Below are positions 1-12,046 of a stretch of DNA of 62,000 bases, one piece after another. Both the position numbers and the translations under genes were made by a program. The stretch is from Octopus vulgaris (Eukaryota). Under the pieces are notes generated by a model. That model saw only the letters and a list, made by a program, of their open reading frames with translations. It was not told the origin of the DNA and made no database searches. The DNA lies in assembly GCA_951406725.2 (NCBI GenBank), contig OX597823.1:38398001-38460000 (forward strand), in the 5' to 3' direction. Each line of letters begins with the position of its first letter. Position 1 is the first letter of the stretch.

Positions 1-547
1 TTATGTCAAGTGTTGAGGGGTTAAAGTATGATTGGGAAACAGGAACAGGTGTCTAGCTGAAGAGAAGATAAATGACTTCCCCAACATGAAAGAAAAGAGG
101 TGGTGAGGGCAGACTCCCGTGTACAAATTGAATATAAGAGAGAAAATAGAGAAAGAGGATTAGAAAGGGTGGGTGGATATGTATGTTTGTGATAGAGTGA
201 CAGATGGTTAGCGATGGGGATTAGAGGTGGGTACAGTGAATGGGGCAGTTTATTCTTTTAAAAGAATACAAGGACAGAATAAGAGTCTGCTGTAGCTTTA
301 CAGAAGAAAGGTAATACATTTTGTTTAAAGGGGAGCCCATCAGAGTGGTTTTAAAAAAAAAAAAAAAATACAGCTAAAATAATGTCAGTAAAAGATTTTT
401 TTTCTTTTTGATACACATTTTAAATACGGGTCATATAAATGAAACATCTTTCAAGGTGATTCAATTGACTGCTTATAAAGTAATACAAATTTGAATGTTT
501 TCCAATTAAATGAAAGTTTAGCTTATTAAGCTTAATGTGTGAGGGTT

Positions 548-561
548 ATTCTATTATATTA

Positions 562-604
<43 letters not shown>

Positions 605-640
605 CATCATTATTATTATTATTATTATTATTATCATCAT
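548..640. repeat. (TAT)n/(CAT)n trinucleotide microsatellite
   Basis: Directly visible run of tattattat with catcat interruptions; explains the poly-Tyr ORF 539-727. Confidence 0.95.
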
Positions 641-1534
641 ACAGAAGATCTGAAGTTATTTTTACTATCTAGGCAAAGATATTATTTACTAGAAAAACTA
701 GAATTGTCTGGTAAGGAAAGTAAATGAGTGGAAATAGTAGAGTATTGTTTATACCAATAGCTACTGCTTTATCAGTGCTGAACATTGCCAAGATCGCTTT
801 CATTTTAAAGTCATCAAATGTTATGATTGGCATTGGAACAAATTTTGGAGATAAGAGAGAGAGAGAGTGACTAATACACTGGACATGGAGTTTGTTGGTT
901 CAAATAAGTGGATACAGAAAAAGTGTTAGTTTTAGAAAGATAATAGTTTGCCATACCAGTAACGGTTTGTCAACATTAATAGTTGAGAAAAATTTGAGCT
1001 TAAATGAATATGTAGCCAAAGGAAGAGAAAGAGAGAGAAAGAGTGGCAGGAGGGGCAGATAAATATGTTTTAAATATGGCTATGTTTTCTTTTCTATTAT
1101 TTTGGACAATGTTTTGGTTGTATTTCTTGAGAAAAAAATTGCACATATATAATGTGAATTGATTGATCTAGTTCTCAGAAAGCAATTCTATTTCGATGGA
1201 AACACAGAACTAAGTGAAACTATTAATGGAATTTAGGGGAAATATTCATATCTCCATTATAATATAGAACAGTCTTTGTTTTGTTTTTGTGGGTGCAGCA
1301 GATTTTGTTTTGTTTTGATTGTCAGCATTTTTATTAATAGAGCTTCGAAAAAAAATTTTATATTTGGTTTTCTTCCCATTCTTTTTCTATCTTCCTTTGT
1401 CCATTTGTTTCTTTTTTTTTCTGCTTCTTTATCTTTATACCTCACTCTTCATCAAAACTGACCATTCAAGACAGTTGCCATTTCTGTGCTAACTATTCAG
1501 GATCATATATATGTGTGTGTGTGGAATTCCATTG

Positions 1535-1832
1535 GTTACAATAATGATAGTACCAGTTTATCTGAGCAACGGAACAGCTTGCTCATGAAATTAACATGTA
1601 AGTGGATGAGTGCTCCACAGACATGCATTTCCTTAATGTAGTACTCAGAGAGATTCAGTATGACACAATGTGCAAAGGCTGGTCCCTTTGAATTACAGGT
1701 GCAACTCATTTTTGCTAGCTGGGTAGACTGGAGCGACATGAAATAAAGTGTCTTGCTTAAGGACAGATGCACTGCCAGAAATCAAACTCGCACCCTTGCA
1801 ATCTCCAGCCCAATACCCTAACCACTAAACCA
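1535..1832 (-). mobile_element. tRNA-derived SINE, decayed
   Basis: Minus strand starts GGAGGACAGCTGGTTTAGTGGTTAGGG (A-box-like), then GAGTTTGATTTC (B-box-like), then GTCCTTAAGCAAGACACTT. The body is similar to the SINE at 33329-33712. Confidence 0.8.
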
Positions 1833-2274
1833 GCTGTCCTCCTTGATTACCACATTAACTCTTTCATGACTAAATTTCTGTGATTTTTGGTTGAATTCTT
1901 GATTATATTTTAGATTAATACAAAATAATGAAGAATTTGGTTGTCATTAGTGAAATAGCTAATTTTCAGATTTATTTCTATCTTAAGCTAGTTTTGGAAC
2001 AATTTCATAAAAACTTTTTGCATAGAATTGTCAAGGTAGATTATGATTTAAGTATGAATTCTTTAAAACAATTGGTTTATAAGGCCAGTTAATATCAAAA
2101 AGTTTAAACACTTTGAGCAAGCTCCTCTTCTCTAGAGGTGTACCTCCTGGAAGTTCTTTTGCACCCATATTGTCCATCCCACATATAAACTTCAATAATT
2201 CAAATAAAAAAATGAATTACTCTAATCACTGTCTACATAAATAAATTATATGTGTGTGTGTGTGTGTGTTTCTG

Positions 2275-2397
2275 TCTATCAAACCCATTCATACGATCTC
2301 AGTTGGGCAAGTCTCTCCTGAGACTTGCCCAAGGTATCACATTGTGGGACTGAATCCAAGACCACATGGTTGGGAAGCAAACATAGACATGCCTGTG
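2275..2397 (-). mobile_element. SINE 5' fragment
   Basis: ACTTGCCCAAGGTATCACATTGTGGGACTGAATCCAAGACCACATGGTTGGGAAGCAA is the reverse complement of the SINE head seen on + at 3105-3245. Confidence 0.7.
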
Positions 2398-3104
2398 TAA
2401 ATAATTGATTGCTTTAATCAGTTTTGATCATTATTGCTAAGTGGACTAGAAACATTCATGATACTGTTACTTAAGATAGTATTTTACTAGGTTTAAATTT
2501 CTTCTACTATCTAGTTTATTGGTTCCATTTCAATTTAATCACTTTGCTAAATGGAAGTGTAATCCTATTTGTACTAATTGCATTAGAGAATAGTGCAATT
2601 CCTAGAGATAGTCAAAAGAAACCTCCTAAACCAAATTAAAGATGATTTTTGAAAGAAAATAAATTTAGAATACGTAAAGTGTACTAGCCATCTGAATGTG
2701 GCTAGCCACTGGGGGTGGGGTGTTACTGACGCTTTTAGCCCCAGGAGATCGACGTCTCCAGCTGGCCTTAGACACAATTTCAGAGAATAACTATCGGTCT
2801 AATAGTAAATGACTATTAAAATCTTACATTTATTTAAATGCTTCCTTTAGTGTCATTGGTTATAATGTTCTGATGAGTCAGTTATGAATTCACTATATAT
2901 CCCATGGTTAGAGTGGCATAGGAGTGTTTTTTCAACTCAGGAACAATAAATACTGCAAGGTAATTTTGTTTGACATGTTGCAGATTGGCAGTTTTTGCAC
3001 TGATGTGTGTATTCCCTGTTCCTACACACAATGGGCTTCTGCAAATTTCACTTACAAACCATTAATCAGCCCAAAGTCATGGGCTTAAGTTTACTGCACC
3101 GTAA

Positions 3105-3240
3105 TGATGCTTGCTTCCCAACCACATGGTTCCAGGTTCAGTCCCACTGGGTGGTATCTTGGGTAAGTGCTTTCCATTATAGCCTCAGGCTGACCAAAGC
3201 CTTGTGAGTAGATTTGTTAGACAGAAATTGTAAGAAGCCT

Positions 3241-3245
<5 letters not shown>
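3105..3245 (+). mobile_element. tRNA-derived SINE ending in (TA)n
   Basis: GCTTGCTTCCCAACCACATGGTTCCAGGTTCAGTCCCACTG (B-box-like GGTTCAGTCC) through AAGAAGCCTATTG, followed by (TA)n. The same family occurs at 2275-2397 and ~29450-29600. Confidence 0.75.
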
Positions 3246-3276
<31 letters not shown>

Positions 3277-3280
<4 letters not shown>

Positions 3281-3489
3281 GTTAATCCAAACAAGAAAAC
3301 AAAAAAAACACAACAACGCAAGGACGTGGAACAAATAAAGTATTATTGGACGCTCAGGAAAGAAGGGAAGAAGGAGGGTTTAACGTTTCGAGCGGAGCTC
3401 TTCATCGGAAACATAGGAGAAGGAAAGATCCCGAGAAGGGAAGACAGAGGAAAAAAAATCGCCGGTGGTACTCATGAGGTCACATACTG
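3277..3489 (-). mobile_element. Penelope-like element terminal (pLTR-like) fragment inserted in (TA)n
   Basis: CpG-containing 213-bp island flanked on both sides by (AT)n. It contains CCGATGAAGAGCTCCGCTCGAAACGTT on the minus strand, the minimal hammerhead-type motif typical of Penelope-like termini. Confidence 0.6.
3378..3412 (-). ncRNA. minimal type I hammerhead-like motif (variant core CCGAUGA)
   Basis: Minus strand: GUUU-CCGAUGA-A-GAGC(UCC)GCUC-GAA-ACGU-U-AAAC. Stem I is GUUU/AAAC, stem II is GAGC/GCUC, stem III is the palindrome ACGU. U4 is replaced by C. Confidence 0.55.
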
Positions 3490-3490
3490 A

Positions 3491-3523
<33 letters not shown>

Positions 3524-5495
3524 AAAGGTGTCAATACATTATTTCTAAAGCCTACATTTTCTCACTGCTACTTAGTAAAATGTCAGATCTTACAGTATGT
3601 TGTTTATTTTTGGCCATCAGTTTAATATATTGCCTAACAAAATCTCTAAGTATTGATTAATAGCATAACTTGATAATCCTCTTAGCTTTCACTGTCCAAT
3701 GACATTTTCTAGTACTATAGTGGGATTTACATAATCACTAGAAGTATTGTTCTTAGAAACTTTAGTCATTGATGAACATAGCTACACTGGTTTGATTATT
3801 TAATCTGTTACAATTGAGAACAAATCATTCTATTTGGACTTTCTGTATATACTTAAAGGTAAGAACAGATTGCTTCAACTACAGAGTTGGTTTTCCAGTT
3901 CAATTTGTTGTTTTTAAAAATATAGCTTTAAAATAATACAAACTAATGATGCATTTTTGTAAAAAATATTATTTCTTTTCGATAAAGTGTTTATTTAAAA
4001 AACAAAACAATTGAAATTGACTATTTCACATTTATGTCATCTCGCTTTATGTAAACACTGCTGTTGCTGCTCACACAATTCTGCACTTTAAGCACATTCG
4101 AGAATTCCTTTGTTTAAATTATTAAATGTTTAGTTCTTTATTACTAACAATAAGGAGGAGAAATAGAAGAGATAATTTGCTGCTATTATAGAAAATTGCT
4201 ACTTGTAAAGTGCAACACAACTCAAACAATTCTATTGCTCTTGTGCTCATATTATATCTAATGGCTATTTTGAATAAGAAAGCTGATTATTATTATTTAC
4301 ATAATTTAAAAATTAAATTAAGATTATTTATCTGATTAAAATATTCTCCTTAACCAGGGCAGTAATTTCATAAACAACTTTTCAGCATAACACAATTTTT
4401 TAAAAATTAGTTTAGAATATGATGTCATTAGTTTAACTATATATTTTGTGAGGAAACTGTTACCAATAGTTGAGAAATTTTAATATATAATAAAGTATTT
4501 ACATAATAGACCATTTCTGTCACAGTCTGTTCAAAATATTTACCTTGAGCAGAAAACACCTTTGCTAGTTTTACTCCTCTCAAATTCAAAATTTTGTAGA
4601 AAGTTATCTTATTTAATGTTTTCTGTTTTATACTTGTTAATACCATTTGATATTAATATGCTATGTATTTAATAATCGTTGATATTATAGTTCTTAACAT
4701 TTCTGCTTTACTTTTTCATTCTCAGTATTCTTTTTATGAATTTACTTAGTATTATTTTCAATGATTCTTCTATGTTTAAATTAAGATTTCAAAATTAACT
4801 TTCTTAATCAGTTTAGTATTGTTAATATTTTGATTTTCAATTTAATCAAATCACTGCTGTTTTGATATATTGATTGAAAGGAATTTATTTTTAATCTTTA
4901 GATTCATCAGGAAATTTTACTAGTTTCACACTAAAATTTAATGGTGAAATTTAGTCATATTTAAATACTTCAATTCTATTTTGGTTCTGTTTTATTTAAC
5001 TTCTTAGAATTCTACTTTAAAATGAATGAAACGACTTATTTACTTCAAAAATTGTTTATTCTAACAATTTATAGCCTTCTAAAAATACATCATCTTACAG
5101 AAGCAATATTTGTGAGAGTTTTTGTAGTTTTTTTTTAAAATGTTCCCATCTGTTTAATTATCAGATGTATCTATAACAGAATTGACAACCCTTCAAAATT
5201 ACAAGACAGAAATTATAGATCCTTACATATAATAGAAAAAACATTTTAAAATTCTATTTTTTAATCAATTATGTGAAATTTAATTGGATTAATGAATCAA
5301 CAATAAATTTCTATTTGAAGATATCTTTTGAAAGGTGAGATAGAAGAATGTTTAAAAATGGGTTCATTACTTTTTAAGATAAAAGTTTAAATTCAATAAG
5401 ATTCTGTAGTTGTACATTGTATAGATTTTACTGTTCAGTTATTGTACTGTTAAATATGAAGCTATCAATCTTTTTTTGTTATCTACATTATGTAG

Positions 5496-5621
5496 ATTTG
5501 TGACGTGAACTGTTGAGATGCTCAGCTCAGTATCATGGACTTTTTGGAGTACAGCAGTCCTCTGACCTTGGAGTCTTTAACAGGGAATACTGCAGTCTTT
5601 CTGTCATCAGTATTCCAGGCT
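5496..5621 (+). CDS. candidate first coding exon of an unidentified host gene (MDFLEYSSPLTLESLTGNTAVFLSSVFQA)
   Basis: AG at 5494-5495 after a T-rich tract, ATCATGG context at 5535, 29 open codons, phase-0 donor GTATGT at 5622. GC content is higher than the flanks. No homology recognised. Confidence 0.25.
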
Positions 5622-6324
5622 GTATGTATTATATGCACACTAGCAATAGATTATATCTGTATTAAATATGATATGTAGGCACAGAAAATGAGAGAGCAGT
5701 ATAGAAAAAAAAGATTTTATCTTCTTTCCTGTTGTCCTTTTCAACTATCAACTTCATTATCTATCTAAACCTTGTTTCCAATTTGTTTTTGTAAGTCATC
5801 AATCTCGAACTGAAAAGTGAAATTGCTTAAAGACTAGTACAGATAACTTTTCACTTGTATGTAGAACAGTTTCTACTACCTAAATTAAAAATCCAATGCT
5901 AATCCCATTAAACTGATTTAGTATGCTGATTGAAAGTGCTTAAAAAAACTAGGGCAACATGTCTAGTGTCAAAGGAACTGTAAATATGATAACTGGATTA
6001 CATCGAAATTTAATATTATTAGATTTGTCCTCATTGAATCCACTTTATATATACCAATATCTTTATTTTAGTCTTCTAAAATTTAATCTAGTAGTTCTGT
6101 GAAATCACGCCTAGTTACCTTTATCTTCAGTGTTTACTGTTAATTTATTAAAATGCATATAAATGTTAGAGTTTTTCATAGATTCCCATGGGTGTCTCTC
6201 TTTAATCTTTCAAAACTAATCAATATAAAATTGAACACACATTTGTGTTGTGCTATGGATAGCTTGGTTTTTAATATTAATTTTTAGTGTTTTAATGCAA
6301 AATAAATTACCATCATATCTATTC

Positions 6325-6900
6325 TTCATGCAGACATGGGTTGGATGGCTCAACAGGAGCTGGCCAGCTGGAGAGCTGCCTGGGCTCCATTTGTCTGTTT
6401 TGTCATATTTTCTATGGCTGGATGCCTTTGTTAATGCCAATCACTTTACAGAGTGTACTGGATGCTTTTAATGTGGCACCAGCATGGGTGCTTTGATGTG
6501 GCCTCAGCACCTGCGAACCTTCAAGTGCAAGATCTATCAGTTGAGAGAGGAATGTACCTGTATGTATGGAAGGCTATGATTTTACATAGCTTGATGTGTC
6601 TTCTCAAGCACTAAAAGCCACCAGAAGTCTTGATCCTTTGTGATCTCCCCTGTGAAGCCCAATGTCTGAAGATTCTTTTTCATCATCTCATTCCATTTCT
6701 TCCTGGGTTTTCCAAACATTTCCTCCACAATTAGAGATTAGCACTTCTTGATGCAGTTGTCCTCATCCATATGCATCACATGACAATACCAGTGCAGTCT
6801 TCTCTCTTACACACTATATCTGATACTCATGTACCCAATTTTTCTCTCAGATCATTTATACTCTGTTGTACATGCATACTGACATTACCCATCCAGCAGA
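6325..6900 (-). pseudogene. RTE-clade LINE 3' remnant with 3' UTR/SINE-like tail
   Basis: Minus translation with stops: ERRLHWYCHVMHMDEDNCIKKC*SLIVEEMFGKPRKKWNEMMKK, matching the RTE C-terminal RL.W.GHV...GRPRK.W pattern. Confidence 0.7.
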
Positions 6901-7784
6901 GATGATGAAAATATTTCAAATAGTGCTTATATAAAGTAATGATAGCTTAATTTTTAATTACATACAAATGAATGGACAGGTACTTATCCATCTGTAAGCA
7001 AAGCAATGTTGTTTCACTCTCAAGTAACATTTATTTCATCATAGAATAGTTGGTGCTAGAAAGCATATACACTTGAATAAGAAAATATTTGCCTTGAACA
7101 GAAGATAAGAAAAATAGACACAAATATTAATTATTTGAAATTATTTTCTTATAGTGCAGTTATTATTTTAATTCATTGATGGATTCTATTGATATGTATT
7201 GATTTTCCAGTATCCATTATCGTTGCTAAAATTACCATGATAATACAAGCAAAGTATTAGTGGAAAACCAATATAAAATAGGTTTATTTTGAATCCTTAC
7301 TATTGAATTCTGAACTTATAAATACTATACAATCTTAGATATAATTTTATCTATTTTTATTACATATTTTGCATCTATATTTGAATTTAGTTATTTCAAA
7401 TATTTAAAAAATTAAAAAATTTTTCTATCTTCTTTCTCTCCCTCCCTTTTAAAAATTGTGAAATTATCTGATAAATATGATTAATTTAATTTCTGTAATT
7501 TCAGAATTACCATAGTAACCAACCCAGACATTGTTTTTAGATATCACATAAGATAGGGCACACAAACTGCTGCTCATAAGAATGAAATGTTTATCACTCT
7601 GTCCTTTAGTATGTTATTCTAGCAAAAGATTTAAAAGATGTTCTTGGTTAACTGGGTGTTACTATCTATGTAATTTTATAAATTAACATGTTTTTATTTA
7701 TGATTTTATAAAACCTTGTATTTTACACTGATATATTCAAACTAGTGTCTCCATCTTAATATTAAAATTACAGTATTATAGTTG

Positions 7785-8090
7785 TTGTATGGCAGCAAGA
7801 CATGGACATTAAACATCACTATAATGAATGCATTGACACAGTGCATGGTGGATGCATCATACTTGAGATCACTGTGCGATTAGAAGAGAAACATTTGGAT
7901 CCAACAGCAGACAGGAATTGATGACATCATCACTACTCTCAAGAAGAGCACAGTCAGGCCAATCACATTGCTGGATTTAAGGACAACAGGTGGATGATAT
8001 GAGTGACAAAGTGAACTCTGAAAGAATGGACTAAATCATGAAACAAACCAAAGGTGAAATAGCACAATGATATTACCTACCACCTGGGAC
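7785..8090 (+). pseudogene. RTE-clade LINE relic
   Basis: Degenerate peptides YGSKTWTLN, IWIQQQTGIDDIITTLKKS and HIAGFKDNRW resemble RTE LYGSETW / WAGHIAR..DNRW motifs. Confidence 0.6.
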
Positions 8091-8387
8091 TTGTACAAAC
8101 AAGATTGGTCAGAGATAGATGTTGGTGGAAACAGTCTTAGGAGAAGTTCCTCAATCTAAAGTGATATTAGCCCTAGAATGCATGAATAAATGACTTCTTT
8201 GGTCTTCTTTAGTTACAATGGTTGAAATAAAATGAAACTATAGTAGTCAAAACAAGGTGACTATTGGTCCAACAATACCAATGTATAATAATGATACTTC
8301 CTTGTTTTGGAAATTCAGACCAAAATTTTATAAATCCAGTTCAGGATTTATTTAAGATGGTGTGAAATATCATTGTAGCTGGCATGT

Positions 8388-8614
8388 CTTAGTTTAGCAT
8401 TCAGATTAATTCTGTCAAATGTAATCCTTATTTATTCATATTGTTTTGAATTAATCATAGATTATCATGTAGCTTTGAGATTTCAATGATGCAATTGATT
8501 ACATTTAGAATGACATTTTAAGTGAGATGCAAGAGGCTGGATCTGGCTGGTTTTAACATAAAACAGGCAGAATATTTGTGCCAGATATGGCCAGTTTAAA
8601 TGCTAAAAAATTAA
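8388..8614. mobile_element. decayed MITE with short terminal inverted repeats
   Basis: TTTAGCATTCA at the left and TTTAAATGCTAAA...TTAA at the right are imperfect inverted termini around a non-coding interior. Confidence 0.3.
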
Positions 8615-9259
8615 CACATTTTCTTTATAACGATTACATTTTTGCTGTTATATGATATGTATACATTTAAAATGTATCATACATCTTAAAGTATGAAAAA
8701 AATCTGTTGATAGTAAATATTTTGGTTAAAATCTAAACTGTTTCTGTATGTTCCAGGTTGACTTGTGTAGTTGGTGACTGAAGTGAATTTTAAAAATTAA
8801 ATATTATTATTTCATCTTGAAATAGTGTACTTAGATTAGAGAAGGTTGTACAACTAGGAGAGCTGTGAAGCTGTATATTGATATATAGTAAAATGTTACA
8901 GGTTGTAATGAAGTTTTGAAAAACATAAATGAATATTTTAAATGTATTTCTAAATTATAAACCCTGAAGAGGAAGCAAAAGGGAAGCATTTGGTTTGCAT
9001 TTGGATTCTGCACTAATGTCTTCACTAGTGATGGATTATCACTAAGTTTTCTAATGAATCAGAAAACTACTGCTTTCAAAAAGTGTTTAGAGTGGAGTAA
9101 AAACCTACAGAATTGGTTTCTAGACCAGTGGAAGAATGTTATTTTCTCAGACAAGTCATCCTTTACCTTATTTCCAACCACTGGCTGAGTATACATGTGG
9201 AGACAGCCAAAAGAAGCATTTGACCCAGACTGCCTTCTTTCAACTGTTAAACATGGAGG

Positions 9260-9772
9260 AAATCTGGCTTTGTGCAGCTCCCAGCAAACAGTTTTTGTGG
9301 AAACTAGGTTCTCGAGGTGGTCATTAAGCTCTGCAGTAGTTTGGGAGCTGTACGTTTGGGATCATTTCTAACAATTCACGTAAGAATCCGACGGTCCCTA
9401 CCTGAAAGTTTTGGTTTTCTTCTGGAGTTTTGTTTTGACAAGGAGGTTTTTCCCTCTTTCTCAAAGGCTATCATTACTTTCGAGATAGTACTTCTTGATA
9501 CACTAAACATTTTGGCTGTTTTCGTTATGCTAGCACCTGCCATACGAGTACCAACAATTTGACCTCTTTGAAACTCCAATAGATCTGTCATTTTAATAAA
9601 TTTTAATTACCTTTTTCTGATGATATCAGAAAAGAAACAGCAGTTTTAGCAAAACATTTTAAGCAACACTAATAATAAACCAAAAAACATAAAAATAAGC
9701 AAGCTTTTGATGGTTTTATAGATATTTCAAAATTATGATGCTAGGTGTTTCCATTATTTTGTCCAACCCCTG
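9260..9772 (-). mobile_element. Tc1-family transposon left end with truncated transposase
   Basis: Minus-strand terminus CAGGGGTTGGACAAAATAATGGAAACACC next to TA (9773-9774). ORF 9376-9591 is MTDLLEFQRGQIVG...SRSTISKV...RRKPKLS (paired-like HTH), and a frameshifted continuation reads TAELNDHLENLVSTKTVCWELHKARF. Confidence 0.85.
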
Positions 9773-9774
9773 TA

Positions 9775-10340
9775 TATAAACTATAAAAAATACAAAAATG
9801 GGATAAGAACGTAAAACATCTAGACAGTGTTAGGTGATACAAAAAATGGACAACAAAACATCCAGACAGACAATACAAAGAAAACAAGGACAGGTCATGC
9901 GGAGTTTTCTATCCTCAGTTGAGTTCCAGATTATCTTTGCAATTTCAGCTGGTTATACTCGAGATTGCTCCAATCTGGCCAGCACCAAGGAAAAACTAAG
10001 CTAAGAGCATTAGATTCCTTGGAAGAAAGCAGTGAATATATACGAAAGCAAGGACAGAAAAAACAGAGAAATGTTACACAAATACAAATGCACTGTTTTT
10101 TCCATCCTTGTTTACATATATATTCACTGCTTTCTTGCAAGGAATCTAATGCTCTTAGCTTAGTTTTTCCTTGGGGCTGGCCAGATTGAAGCAATCTCGA
10201 GTATAACCAGCTGAAATTGCAAAGATAATCTGGAACTCAACTGAGGATAGAAAACTCTAAATGACCCATCTTTGTATTCTTTGTATCGTCTGTCTGGATG
10301 TTTTTGCATTCTTGTCCCATTTTTGTATTTTTTTTATATA
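9775..10340. repeat. head-to-head inverted duplication (palindrome) of a dispersed repeat
   Basis: 9902-10050 is the near-perfect reverse complement of 10105-10257, with weaker similarity out to 9775/10340. A single + copy of the same family lies at 38290-38550. Confidence 0.9.
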
Positions 10341-10384
10341 TAAAATATAGTGACGTACTTACACTTTGGTCTCTTATATGTAAG

Positions 10385-11956
<1,572 letters not shown>

Positions 11957-12046
11957 TTGATTGATTGATTGATTGATTCTAGTTTCAGCTTATGAGCTGT
12001 GGCCATGCTGGGGCACCGCCATTTGGTGTTGCTACTTGGTTTCACT

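Noticed and set aside
4903-4944. 42-nt AG...GT segment with one open frame (also similar micro-candidates near 2941, 26663 and 36626)
   Set aside because: Splice-like signals are frequent by chance in AT-rich DNA, and there is no homology or compositional support.
10236-10275. Possible hammerhead in the palindrome family (CTGAGGA-TAGAAAACTC...TGACC)
   Set aside because: Neither arm nor the 38-kb copy has an intact stem II plus GAAA. It could only be a degenerate relic and needs a family consensus.
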